64,000 bases of DNA from Neocallimastix sp. 'constans' (lineage: Eukaryota), in contig JBODTK010000011.1 in the NCBI GenBank assembly GCA_050613775.1, forward strand, positions 868,001 to 932,000, written 5' to 3'. Numbering within the stretch: the first letter of the stretch is position 1; every line of letters starts with the position of its first letter. This document shows positions 13,797 to 28,769 of the stretch, piece by piece. The position numbers were made by a program, and so were the translations under genes. A model generated the notes under the pieces. It made no database searches. It had not been told where the DNA came from and saw nothing but the letters and a program-made list of their open reading frames with translations.

Positions 13797-16700
13797 GGAA
13801 TTATAATTAAATCTTATTTATCAATTATTATTATTAATTAAAATTACCTGATTTAAATATTTTTCATTTGATGTACGGTACATTCAATTAAATTTTTAAT
13901 TTAATAACAATATTCTATATAAGGTAAAAAAAATTTTATTTATTAAAAAATTTATTTATTAATATATTAATTTGTGATTTTTTTTAATTTATTTATTTAT
14001 TATTTATTTATTATTTATTTATTTATTTATATATTTATTTATATATATATATTTATTTATCTATTTATTTATCTATTTAAATATCTATTTATTTATCTAT
14101 TTATGTATCTATTTATTTATCGATATGAATATGTAATATATTAATATAATTTCTGCATTATTAAATAATTATTTTTTTTATTGTCAAATATGTATATATT
14201 GTACATTTTCTATTCGAAATGTACTAAATTTAAATAAATTTTAAAAATTAATTATATAATAAAATTTTTAAGGTGTATTAAATATACAAAAAAAACTTTT
14301 TTTTTATAAAATTTTTTATAAAATTAAACATTAACTATGCAATGTTGGAATAAACTTTTTAAAAATAACAAAAGCTGTATCATATATAAATAATATACCT
14401 ATAATATATTTAGATATATAATAATTATTAATTATACAATACATTAAATATTAAAAAATAAAATATTTTATATAATCGGCTTAACACAAACACTTTCTAA
14501 AACTATAATAAATATAATATTTATTATATATGATAAATTATAACTTTTAAATAATATACTTAAACATCTAATTTGTTGATATATTATAAATTTAATAAAG
14601 AATCTAAATAAATAAATTAACATAAAATGAATATGAAAGATTAGATTATATTTACATGATTGTGGTAATAATTTAGTAAAAAAAAAAAAAAAAAAAAATT
14701 AATATTTATCGAAAAAACAAATTATTGATAAAATATATATATATTATTATTATTATTATTATTATTTTTAATATTTTATAATTATTAATAAATTATATAT
14801 TAAAACAAAAACAATAAACAAAAACAAAAACAAAAAAAATTTTTGTAGAAGTCGATTTGAACTTTTATAGAATTTAAAATTTGTACGTATAAAACTTTTT
14901 CGTACATATTATAGAAAATTTTTAGTTATATTATTTATAGTAATGACGTGATATAAGTAAAACTATTATATAAAAAAAAAAAAACTATTAAATAATATTT
15001 ATAAATCTTAGTTTAAATTTTATAAGTAAATAGCATTATTTAATTAATATTTTTATTTCCACTGATAACATTTTCTTTAGCTAAGAAAAAAAAAAAAAGT
15101 TTATAATAATTCGAAAATTGAGTAAAATTAATATTTCTTTCTTTCAAAAAAAAAAAAAAAAATAAAATAAAAAAATAAAATAAAATAAATAAAATAAATA
15201 AAATAAAATAAAATAAAATAAAATAAAATAAAATTTTTAATTTTAATTATTAATATTATTATTTGATATTAATAAATATAATAATTTTAATTATAAATTA
15301 TTTATTAATTAATTTAAAATTTTATTAAAATAAATAAGATAATATTAATTAAAAAATTTTTTATTATAAAGATTTTTTTGGAGTCATTATTTTTTATCAA
15401 TTTTAATTAGAAAATATATAAAATAAATTTTATAATCATATTTTTGGTATAATGAATTTGAAAAAAGTTAAATGATAATTAATACTCATCTTGATTAAAA
15501 TCTATTTATATCAGATCCATGCAATTAGTTATAAAACTTCTTCTCTCACGATTAAAATCATTAATTTTATTCTTTCTCATTGGGAATATTAAATCTTGAT
15601 GATATAATAATTAAAATGAAGGAATTATTAGAGCTTAACCAATGAAAAGAGTAATAATGATAGAATTTTCTGTTATTTAATGGCTGTTGATTCGATAATT
15701 ACTAAGTAATAATTATGATGATATTACGATTAATCATAATTCTCTTCTTTTCTCATTATAACAATAGCCGCTATTTTACCTTTTTTTTTTTTTTTTTTTT
15801 TTGAGTTTTATAATAACATTTTAATAAAATATTATGTTTAAAATTAATAATGATATGAAAAATCAATATGATATTTTTTTTTTGTAATTACTATTTATTA
15901 TTAAATTTTTAGCATATACAATAAATATCTTTTTTTTTTTTTTTTTTTTTTTTTTAATTATTAATAATATTCTATATAAATAAAAATATATATTTATATA
16001 TATTTATTGTACAACTAATTTATTGAAAAAAATAATAATAATAAAATATTATAAAATAATTAATAAAAGAGATTATTATTATATAATATATAATTTGAAA
16101 TTAGTATAAATCTTTTTTTTTTTAAAAAAAAAAAATAATGTTATTTAAAGTATTTCATTTTAAGATATTTAATTTAAATACAATATATAGAAAAAGATTT
16201 CTTTTATTATTATTAATAAAAAATTTTATTTTATTTAATTACTACTATTATTATTATTTTTGAATCATGAATATATATATATTTTTTATTTTATATGAAA
16301 ATATTTAATAAAATATGAAATTTTAAAAAATAAATTATTTTTAATTTAAAAGTATTACTTAACAAAAATAAAAATTTGATTTTAAATGCAAAATAATTAT
16401 TCGTAATAAACATTTTTTATTTTCTAAAAATAGAATTCTATTATAATTAAAATAAATTTTATTATTATATATACTTTTTTTTTTTAATTATTTTTACATA
16501 AAGTAAAGTGTTTGGATAAAATTGCTTTGGTGTAATGAATTTTTAAATAATTATTATTAAATTAACCTATACTATCCAAAATAAATATATAAAGTTTTTA
16601 ATATAAATAATTGAAGTAAAGTTTAATATAGGTTAATTAAATAATTATACAAAATTACACAAGGAATTCTTCCTATAGTATTTAAGAATCATGTTTTATA

Positions 16701-17225
16701 GAAATATTTAATATTAATTATAATTTAAATTATAAGTTAAATTAAAATAAAATTATTAATAAATATTAAAAGATGTAAAGTTGCTTATGAATTTGGTGTA
16801 TAATGCCTATTTGAGATATACAATTTCATAAAAAAGCAATACTCTTTATATATATATATTAAAAATAATAAGATTCAATGATATAACTATAAATTTAGTT
16901 GATAATTAATAATAATATTATTTAAATTATAAAAGTATAATAAAATAAAAAGAAAATAATAGCAATAATGAAAAAATATAAATAAAATGAATTTTTTTTA
17001 AAAAAAAAAAAAAAAAAAATTAAAAATTATAAATTTTTGGATTTAATATCATATTAATAAACTAATTTTTAAATAATAAAATAATAAAAATAAAAATAAA
17101 TAAATATATTATAAATAAAATAAAGAAAAAAAGATCAATATATATAAATATATTTATTTATATTTTATGCAATAAAATAAAAAAAAAAAAGAAAACAATA
17201 AATAGAAAAAAAGATAGAAAAAAAA

Positions 17226-18559
17226 ATGTTCTCAAAAATAAACTTAAAACTTTTAACGCTTAGTGCTCTTATTACTCTCACTGCTGCTGCTAATAAAGCA
17301 AAAATATATAGTCACTGTTTAAAACCAGGACAATTCGTATTAACTTGTATGTAGTCAAGAAGAAAAAAAAAAAAATTTTTTTTTCTCCCTCTGTGGATAT
17401 CACTGATATATAAATATTTATTTATATTTTTTTTGAAAGATATATATATATAAAAAAAAAAGTATTAAATAAATATATAAAATTTATTATTTCAAATACT
17501 TTATTAAAATAATTTCTAGTTGATGATGGTCCAAATCCAGATACGACTCCAATTGCATTAGAAGTTTTAAATAAATACAATATTAAGGGTGCCTTCTTTA
17601 TTAACTCCTATAATTGGAGTGATCTTGATAATGATCCAAATGCTGTAGATGTTGTTAAGAAAATTTATGCTGCAGGTCATGATATCGGTTCCCACACCTT
17701 TTATCATAAAGATTTATTCTCTTCGATGGAGGATAATACAATGAAAGAAAATGTAGATAATATGACCAAAAAAATTGAAAGCATCATTGGTCTTACACCA
17801 GCTTACTTTAGACCACCATGTGGTAAAGGTGCCTATCAAGAAAGTGATCCTTACAAGATAGAAATGTCAGATAAGATTCAAAAATATTTAGGAGAACGTG
17901 GATACAGTATCATTATGTGGGGTACTGATACTAGAGATTCGGATTACAAGGATGTTGATAAAGTCATTGAATCTTTAAATGAACAACTTGCTGATCCAAG
18001 TGTATCCCCAAAAACTCATAGTTTCATTGCATTACTTCATGATGTTCGTTCTCCTACAGTTAATGTTATTCTTCCAGCCGTTATTGAGTATGTACAAAGT
18101 CTAGGATACACTTTTGTTTCACTTTCAGAATGTATTGGTGTTCCACCATATCGTGAAATTAGTAAGGATGAATCCAACAAAGAGAGTAACCTAAAAATGG
18201 ATGATAATGATGATGATGATGATGATACCATAAATTCTAACAATTCAAACGAAAGTACTAATAAATATACAAGTAACAGTACAAGTACTAATGGTACAAA
18301 TAATAATACAAATGATGATAATAATAATAATACAAATAATAATGATAATAATAATGCAAATAATGATGATAATAATAATGCAAATAATGATGATAATAAT
18401 AATACGAATAATTATGGTACAACTGACACATCCAATACTACTAATGATGACACCGGTAATACTAATGAAGATATCGATGAAAATACTTCGGATGCTACTA
18501 CTCTTCACTATAGTATGTTCTTCAGTATGGTAGCTGTATTTCTTTCTTATCTACTCTAA
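17226..18559 (+). CDS. Carbohydrate esterase family 4 (chitin/polysaccharide deacetylase), secreted and probably GPI-anchored, 2 exons
   Basis: Exon 1 (17226-17346, signal peptide) splices to 17520 and creates TFDDGP. Then GSHTFYH, FRPPCG, DTRDS, LLHD, an Asn/Asp-rich linker, and a C-terminal SDA plus hydrophobic tail. Confidence 0.92.
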
Positions 18560-20373
18560 TAATTATTATTATTAGTAGTAATAATAAGAATTACTTTATA
18601 AAAAAAAGTTATAAAAGTAGTTAATAGAAATATATTTAAATTCAAACATTATATTATTATTATAATTAAAAATAAAAGAATAATGATTTCCTTTTAAAAA
18701 ACAATTTCTTTTTTTTTTTTTTTTTTATTTATATAAAAAATTATTGTTGTTATTGTTTAGAATAATATATAAATATATTTAAATTTAAAACTTTTTTTTA
18801 ATAATTAAAAAAATTAATATCATATCATGCCCATAATTAAATTATATGAAGTTGTAATAATAATAATAATAATAATAATAAATATTTAATAATTATTAAA
18901 TATTTTATTAATATTTTAACAAAAAAAAAATAAAAAAATATCTTTAAAATTAAAAATTATTAAATATAATTTCATTATTTATTAAATAATTATAAATAAT
19001 TATTTACTTAATATAATTTAAGCCACTTTTACATAAAAGGTTTATTTTACGTACGCCATATTTTATATAAAGCACGGAACTGAAATGCATATACTCTCAG
19101 TAATAACAGCATATATATATTTATTTCATAAATAGGATTATATTTTATTTATTTATTAATATATAATTATATTAAAAATTCATGATTTGTGCTTAATTAA
19201 AACAATTTAAAAGTAACATTACGAAATGCAACGCATTTCATTTTCTATATGTATTTTAAATACAAAGGTATGAAATATCAATGTTGAGAAATTTTGATAG
19301 ACTACGCTGAATTCAAATATGAAGAATGGTATTTGTTTGGTATTTTCTAATCATATATTAATATTTTATTGGTTTTAATCCAGATGAATTGTTTGCTGTA
19401 ATGGACCAAATATTATCAAGCATGATGAATAACCAACCGGTAATACAATAAGAAAGTATGTTCAAGTTAAATTTGGCTCTGCCATACTGTTTTTAAATTA
19501 TTTGATGTAAATAAGAAAAAAGTTCTATTGCTAAAGTCCATAGCAAAAAAAAAAAAAAAAAAAAAAAAAAAGTTATGAAATTTAGAATTATAATTTAGAA
19601 CAACAAGTGAAAAAAAAAAAAAAAAAAAAAAAAAAAAGAAACGAGTATAGCATTTATTAATTTACTAAAAATGATGAAATTATGTATTATGTAGTATATT
19701 TTAGTATTTTTGAAAGTTTTAATTAACTTATTGAACATAGAAATAATTTTTCCAAATTAATTTTTATTTTAAAAATTTTTAAAGATAAACTTTTTATTAT
19801 ACATTAAGTCTTTTTAATTTATCTTTTTTTTTTTTTTTTTTTTTTTCATTTTTTTTCATTCATTTTTTCATTTTTTAATCTTTTAAAGTTTTTCAAATTT
19901 TTGATACATTTTATAGTTTTATAATGTATCATTAAATGTAAATGTAAATACATTATTTATGTATAAAGATAGATTTATTATTAATTATGAATAATAATTA
20001 ACAGTAAAAAATTATAACAACTTTTTTTTTTAATATTAAAATGAAACCGTTAAAAATAATATATGAAAAATAATAATTTTATAAATTTTTTTTTTTTCTT
20101 TTTATATTAAAAAAATAAAATAAAATAAAAAATAAAATAAAAAACTTAAATTATTAATTAACACAAAAACATTTTCAATTTTTTTTTTTTTTTATTATTA
20201 CAATAATTTTACCTAATATTTAAAATTTATATTTTTATTTTATTTTAATTTTATCAATAAAACTAAAACTAAGGTAATTTATATTAAGAAATTTAAGTAA
20301 TCGAGTATAAATAAATAATTATATTATTAAAATGTCAATTTATAGAATCTGAACTAAAAATTACTAATTTTAA

Positions 20374-20412
<39 letters not shown>

Positions 20413-20520
20413 TTATATATATGTTATTGTTATAAAATTTATAATTATATATTAAAATAATAAATAAGTATCTATATTTGTAATATTTTTATAATTAAAT
20501 AATTTTAATCAGACTTATAA

Positions 20521-21769
20521 ATGAGTGAAACAATTACTACTCCATCGGCAACAAATGCCAATGAAGTTAGTCATACTAAAATAGAAAATGAAACAGAAAA
20601 TGCTAGTAACGCAAACAGCAATAACAACAAAAGTAATAGAAATAGAAATAGAAATAGACATAAAAATAAAAATTCTGGTCATGACAAACAAATAAAAAAT
20701 ACAAATAATGACAATAATGAAAATAATGACAATTCAAATCCTTTGAATAATGATAATAATAATAATAATAATAAAAATGAACAAAACAATAATAATAATG
20801 AAGACAATAACCAAAATAAAGTAAAAAGAAATAGAAGTCGTAGAAGAAATAGACATCACAGGCAAAAAGGAAAATCTGATTCAAAATCAGATACCGAGGA
20901 AGTAAATAAAGACAATGAAAAAGAAAAAGATAAAAATATTAATATAAATAAAAATAAAAATAAAAATAATTCAAAAAATAGTAAGGACAGTAATAATAAA
21001 AAACATGCAGAAGAAGAAAAACCACCTCAAGAACCAGAAGGATCTTCTGATTCTGAAGATGAAGATGATGAAGAAGCAGCTGATTTATTAGGACAAACCC
21101 CAACTACCATTAATCTCCCACTTCAACCTATACTTGTTATGTGTCCATTCAAAGATTGTAAACAAGAAAATTCACCTTTCATGAATCCAGTAGACCTTCA
21201 AGAACATCTTGGTTTAAAACATCGAATAAATATTTACAATATTGAACATGTTGTTCCATTCATAGAAAAATACCTAAACTATTGGATTGATAAAATCGAA
21301 AAATCTAATAATAAAGTTGAAAATTTTGGAAATAAAATAAAAAATAGTAAGTCTTTTTTATTCTATGAATTTTTATAAAAAAAAAAAAAAATATGTAATA
21401 TTATTTTATATAATAAAAATAATAAAATAATTTGATTTTAGAAATTTTTTTATTTTTTAATGTAATAATAAATTTTTTTTTAATTTTTTTTTTTTTTTTT
21501 ATTTGAAATTAATTTTAAAAAATTAAATTTCAATTAAAATAAATAAAAAATATATTTATTATTATTATTATTAATTTTTTTCAATTAAATTTAATACATA
21601 TAAAAGCAAATATTTATAGTATTCCAAGTAAAAATTACCAAAAAGAAGATTTTTCAATTCGTCAAGAATTACAAAGAGAAAAATTAGTAAATATATAATT
21701 ATAATTATAATTATAATTATAATTATTATTATTATTATTATTATTATATTATTATTATTATTATTATTA

Positions 21770-21814
<45 letters not shown>

Positions 21815-22790
21815 ATTAATTATTATTATAAAAAAAAAAATGAATGAATGATATAAATTAAAATATATTTAATATATTTTTTTAATTTATTATTATATAT
21901 ATACTAATATAATAAAAGAATGAAATGTTAATGATTCAAGATGGAGAAAGAAAAGATACAAATAAACCAAGAAAATGTTTATTCTGTAAAAAAGTTGTTA
22001 ATGAAAGAATAAATTATTTCCAAGTATGTAATACATAAATTTTTATAATTCAAAATGATAGTGAGATATTTTTATAATATTAAAGATTAGAATCATAAAT
22101 ATAATAACATTATATATATATATAATTATTTATTATTTATTTGCAGCATATGTTTACTGAACACAACTTTAATATTGGTCTTCCTGATAATATTGTAAAT
22201 ATTGATGAATTCTTGTATATACTTCAAACTAAATTAAATAGGTAAGAAATAAAGTACTAATAAAAAATATAAATAAGATAACATTAAAATAATTATAATA
22301 AATAATAATAATAATAATAATTAATATATAATAGTTAAATTATACCTAGTGTATTATTATATTAATAAATGAAATTAATAATTTATAATTTTTTATATTA
22401 TTATTATTTAAAAAAAAAAAAAAAAAAAAAAATTCAAAGTTTACAATGTTTATATTGTGAAAAAGTATTTAAATCAAATGCTGTCTTAAGAAAGCATATG
22501 CGTAAGAAGAAGCATTTTAAAATTAATTCTAAAAATCATATCTATGATAAATTCTATATTATAAATTATTTAGTAAGTTAACCCTTTTTTATTTTATTTT
22601 ATTTTATTTATTATCATTTTTTATTTTTATTATTTTAAAATGATTAAAATTATTAATTAATATATATATATATAATCAAATTTTATAATTATTATTATTA
22701 ATATTTTAGGAACCAGGAAAAAATTGGGAAAATTTTGTTAATGATAAATATGAAAGTGATGAAGAAAAAGATGAGTAAGTTATATTAATT

Positions 22791-22842
<52 letters not shown>

Positions 22843-23722
22843 TATATATTAAATATATATATATATATATATAAATCATTTATGATCTTGATTTTAACTC
22901 TATTTCAAAATTCAAATTAAAATATAATTACAAAATAAGTGAATGGGATGATTGGGACGATGAAGTAGAAAACGAACCAACTATGTGTTTATTTGATGAA
23001 TATGTAGCAAATTCAATTGAAGAAGCCTTAAATCATATGAAAAAAGAACATAACTTTGATTTTTATGAAATTCAAAAATCATATGGTATTTTATTTATAT
23101 ATATTTTATTTATTTATTTATTTTGATTATTAAAATTATAAATATCTTTTTATTGAATTATTTTATAATTATTTTTTTTTTTTTTTTTTTTAATAATTAT
23201 AATCTATTATATAATAATAGGTTTAGATTTCTATCAATGTATTATGCTTATTAATTATATAAGACGTCAAACATCACTTCTTAAATGTTTTTCATGTTTG
23301 GAAACTTTTGAAAATATGGATGATTTAAGTTCACATTTAAAAGAAAAGAATCATTATACTTCAATTCCATCTAAAGATACTGAAAATTCTTGGAATGATG
23401 TGAAGTAAACTTATTCAAATCATAATAATAATAATAATAATAATAATATATATATATATATTCATAAATTATTATATATCTATTCATAAATTATTATTTA
23501 TTTATATATTTTTATATTTATTTATTTTTATTTTTATTTTTATTTTTATTTTTATTTTTATTTTTATTTTTATTTTTATTTTTATTTTTATTTTTATTTT
23601 TATTTTTATTTTTATTTTTATTTTTATTTTTATTTTTATTTTTATTTTTATTTTTATTTTTATTTTTATTTTTATTTTTATTTTTATTTTTATTTTTATT
23701 TTTATTTTTATTTTTATTTTTA

Positions 23723-23753
<31 letters not shown>

Positions 23754-23841
23754 TTATTTTATTTTATTTTTATTTTTATTTTATTTTATTTTATTTTATT
23801 CAATCTGTACTTTATATTCATATTCTACTATTTATTTTATT

Positions 23842-23872
<31 letters not shown>

Positions 23873-24134
23873 TATTTATTTTTTTTAATTTTTTATAAAA
23901 TTTTTATATTTTTTTTTTGAAAATTTCAATAATAGATATATGCTTCCAACTTACGATGATGATCCACTACTTCATGGTTTTGATGAATTCTTTGATGATT
24001 TAGAAGATACCGAACAAAAAGATATATCTACTCAATATGTTACTGCTGAAAAATTATCAATTGATGATAAACTAAAAGAAAAACAAATGGCTGAAAAAAA
24101 TAAAAAAAAGCAACAACAACAAAATAACGAATAA
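20521..24134 (+). CDS. ZNF277: Zinc finger protein 277 homologue (C2H2), multi-exon
   Basis: Spliced product contains RKCLFC, HMFTEHNFNIGLPDNIV, LQCLYCEKVFK...HMRKKKHFKIN...YDKFYIINYLEPGKNW, LINYIRRQ and YMLPTYDDDPLL, matching ZNF277 family motifs. Long Asn/Arg/Lys-rich N-terminus. Confidence 0.9.
23520..23800. repeat. (TTTTTA)n / (TTTTA)n microsatellite in the last ZNF277 intron
   Basis: Direct reading. Confidence 0.95.
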
Positions 24135-24344
24135 TAACGAATAATAATAAGAAGAAGAAATATACATTTAAAATTTTATAGAAAAAAATAATAATATTAA
24201 TAATCATAAAAATAAAATAAATAAATATTAGAATTTTATAAAATTTATTTCATAATAATCTATCTATAAAAAAAAAAATGAAATAAAATATATAATAATA
24301 TAAAATAAAAATTATGTAAAAAAAAAATTTTTTTTTTTTTTATC

Positions 24345-24445
<101 letters not shown>

Positions 24446-26160
24446 TTATTTTATTCAATCTGTATTTTATATTCATATTTCTACTATTTATTTTATTTTA
24501 TTTTATTTTATTCAATTTGTATTCTATATTTATATTTCAACTATTTAATTTATTTTAATTTATTTTAATTTAATTTATTTTATTTTATTCAATTAGTACT
24601 TTATATTTATATTTCAACTATTTTTTTTTATTTTATTTTATTCAATCTGTACTCTATATTTATATTTCAACTATTTAATTTATTCTAATTTAATTTGTTT
24701 TATTTTATTTTATTCAATCTGTACTTTATATTCATATTCTACTAATCTACTATTTATTTTATTTTATTCAATCTGTACTTTATATTCATATTCTACTAAT
24801 CTACTATTTATTTTATTTTATTCAATCTGTACTTTATATTCATATTCATATTCTACTATTCTACTATTTATTTTATTTTATTCAATCTGTACTTTATATT
24901 CATATTTCTACTATATATTTTATTTTATTCAATCTGTACTTTATATTCATATTTCTACTATATATTTTATTTTATTCAATCTGTACTTTATATTCATATT
25001 TCTACTATTTATTTTATTTTATTTTATTTTATTCAATTTGTATTCTATATTTATATTTCAACTATTTAATTTATTTTAATTTATTTTAATTTAATTTATT
25101 TTATTTTATTCAATTAGTACTTTATATTTATATTTCAACTATTTTTTTTTTATTTTATTTTATTCAATCTGTACTCTATATTTATATTTCAACTATTTAA
25201 TTTATTATAATTTAATTTGTTTTATTTTATTTTATTTTATTTTATTCAATCTGTACTTTATATCCATATTCATATTCTACTATTCTACTATTTATTTTAC
25301 TTTACTCAATCTGTACTTTATATTCATATTCTACTATTCTACTATTTATTTTACTTTATTCAATCTGTACTTCATATTTATATTTCAACTATATATTTTA
25401 TTTTATTTTATTTTATTTAATTTTATTTTATTCAATCGGTACTTATATTTATGTTCTACTATTTATTTTATTTTATTTTATTTTATTTTATTTTATTTTA
25501 TTTTATTTTATTTTATTTTATTTTATTTTATTTTATTTTATTTTATTTTATTTTATTTTATTTTATTTTATTTTATTTTATTTTATTTTATTTTATTTTA
25601 TTTTATTTTATTTTATTTTATTTTATTTTATTTTATTTTATTTTATTTTATTTTATTTTATTTTATTTTATTTTATTTTATTTTATTTTATTTTATTTTA
25701 TTTTATTTTATTTTATTTTATTCAATCTGTACTTTATATTCATATTTTTACTATTTATTTTATTTTATTTTATTCAATCTGTACTTTATATTTCAACTAT
25801 TTATTTTATTTTATTTTATTCAATCTGTACTTTATATTTCAACTATTTATTTTATTTTATTTTATTCAATCTGTACTTTATATTTCAACTATTTATTTTA
25901 TTTTATTTTATTCAATCTGTACTTTATATTTCAACTATTTATTTTATTTTATTTTATTCAATCTGTACTTTATATTTCAACTATTTATTTTATTTTATTT
26001 TATTCAATCTGTACTTTATATTTCAACTATTTATTTTATTTTATTTTATTCAATCTGTACTTTATATTTCAACTATTTATTTTATTTTATTTTATTCAAT
26101 CTGTACTTTATATTTCAACTATTTATTTTATTTTATTTTATTTTATTTTATTTTATTTAT
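24446..26160. repeat. Minisatellite with TTCAATCTGTACTTTATAT core, including a (TTTTA)n run at ~25465-25720 and eight 46-bp units at 25773-26140
   Basis: The core recurs at 25773, 25819, 25865, 25911, 25957, 26003, 26049 and 26095 (period 46). Variant units lie upstream, at ~23800 and at 26790-27050. Confidence 0.92.
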
Positions 26161-26216
26161 TTATTTTTAATTTTTTATAAAATTTTTATATTTTTTTTTG
26201 TAAATTTTAATTATAG

Positions 26217-26409
26217 ATATATGCTTCCAACTTACGATGATGATCCACTACTTCATGGTTTTGATGAATTCTTTGATGATTTAGAAGATACCGAACAAAA
26301 AGATATATCTACTCAATATGTTACTGCTGAAAAATTATCGATTGATGATAAAATAAAAGAAAAACAAATGGCTGAAAAAAATAAAAAAAAAGCAACAACA
26401 ACAAAATAA
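26217..26409 (+). pseudogene. Tandem duplicate of the last ZNF277 exon (possible alternative terminal exon)
   Basis: Near-identical to 23936-24134 at offset 2281, including the acceptor AG and 3' flank. Differs by two substitutions and one extra A that changes the last residues. Confidence 0.85.
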
Positions 26410-26629
26410 CGAATAATAACGAAATATTATTAATAATAAGAAGAAATATACATTAAAAATTTTATAGAAAAAAATAATAATATTAATAATCATAAAAATA
26501 AAATAAATAAATATTAGAATTTTATAAAATTTATTTCATAATAATCTATCTATAAAAAAAAAAAATGAAATAAAATATATAATAATATAAAATAAAAATT
26601 ATGTAAAAAAAAAAAAATTTTTTTTTATC

Positions 26630-26666
<37 letters not shown>

Positions 26667-26735
26667 ATTGAAATTATGATTATTGTGTAATAGAATAATG
26701 AGTATTCATAGCCTATTTTTTTTTTTTTTTTTTTA

Positions 26736-26793
<58 letters not shown>

Positions 26794-27760
26794 TTATTTT
26801 ATTCAATCTGTATTTTATATTCATATTTCTACTATATATTTTATTTTATTTTATTCAATCTATACTCTTATTATATTAATATTTCTACTATTTATTTTAT
26901 TTTATTTAATCTGTACTTTATATTTATATTTCAACTATTTATTTTATTTTATTTTATTCAATCTATACTCTTATTATATTAATATTTCTACTATTTATTT
27001 TATTTAATTTAATCTGTACTTTTCTTATTTAATATTCTACTATTTATTTTAACCCATTGATATGGACTGTTTTTCCAGATTCATGTAGGGTTAATGGAAT
27101 AGGAATAGCTAATATCAGAAGTACTAATTATAGCTTACTGTGATTCTGATGATAATCGATGGTTATCCTTTCTAAAGTGGCTTCTAGTGCGAAGAGAGGA
27201 AATTGGAATACTGAAAAAACTGTTGAAAGTGAACTTGATGCTTTATATTGCTTTAAACTGGGAATGTAGTTAAACATTAGAGTTATATAGTTAATAATAT
27301 CGTGCTGTTTCTACATATTATCATTATAAATGAGTCTATGGTATTTTTTTAACTTTAGCATTATAATTGTGTATGTACTTTTCTATAGTATTATTTAAAT
27401 TCTTATGTAGCTATTGTTAAATGGAAATGCCATCAACGTTAATGCCTCTGAAGGAGATGAACCTAATTTCTTTTCAGATTGTCATTTCAAACCCTAACTC
27501 CGGAATAAAAATTCCCTTTAAAACAGAAATTTTATAATCTTGGAGGTTCGTGGACTATGGACTTTTTTTTTCTGAATTTATTTATACACTTTATTTTGTA
27601 TATTACTTTTTATTTCACATTACTATTCTAAATATTATTATGTTCAGATAGGACAAATAATATTTTTTTTTATTAATTGTGTTTTTTTTTAAAATATATA
27701 TATATATATATTTAATAGATTAATAAATAAATAAAGTTAAACCTTTGAAATAATACAGGC

Positions 27761-27809
<49 letters not shown>

Positions 27810-28769
27810 TAATAATAAAAATATTAAAATAAAATTATGAAACTATGAAAATTTAATTTTTTAAAAAAATAAAAAATATATAATTGTATATATATATATA
27901 CATATAAATGAATGTCTTCTTTTTTTAATATACATATTATTCTATATTGAATGCAGGAAAATATCATGATTATATAATAATTATAAATATGTAATTTAAT
28001 ATTAACATTTTTATTATTACTAAAATAATGTAATTCATTATCATTATTATTATATCAAAATAAATTTTGTTTCATCCAAGAATAATCTAGTAGTTTTTAC
28101 GTATAATAAAAGAAAAATAAGAAAGAATATTTACGACTCTATTATCTAGAGGATTAAACAAACTCCTATTAGATTTTTTCATAAAACTACTATTAAAATG
28201 TCTATCATTGTTTAGAAGGACATAATAATAATAAAAACCATACTTCTTTTCAAGATTTTCTATGCTTATATTATTAGTTAATCATCCTATAGCAAGTATT
28301 TTAATCATCTATCATATATATTTTTGAAAAAAAAAAATAATAAAAAATAAGTGAAATAAGAAATAATTAGATATATGTATATATTGATTTATTACATTTT
28401 TATTTCATAAATTTTGTAATTATATTTATTTTTAAATATAAATAATAAATATAAACATTTTGAAATAAATTATAAATATCTCAATAAAAATAAAAACTGA
28501 TATAATTTAAAAAAAAAGGGAACAAGTGAATGTTATAGGACAACATAATGCATTTCAAATTTAATCCTTTCCTGATGATAATTTGAAAAATGAACTTTTT
28601 TTCATTATATATAAATTTTAAATTAAAAAAATAAATTTAAAAAAAAAAAAAAAAGATATTTATATTTATTAATTATAATATTTGTGTATTGTTACACAGA
28701 CTCTTTATTTATGTATATTCCACTTAATAATATTAATAATAATTAAAATAGAATTATAAATAGAGTTAA

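Noticed and set aside
24446..26160. Repeat-spacer-like pattern and the 239-aa FILFY ORF
   Set aside because: The intervening sequences are variants of the same AT minisatellite, and the ORF is a translation of simple repeats.
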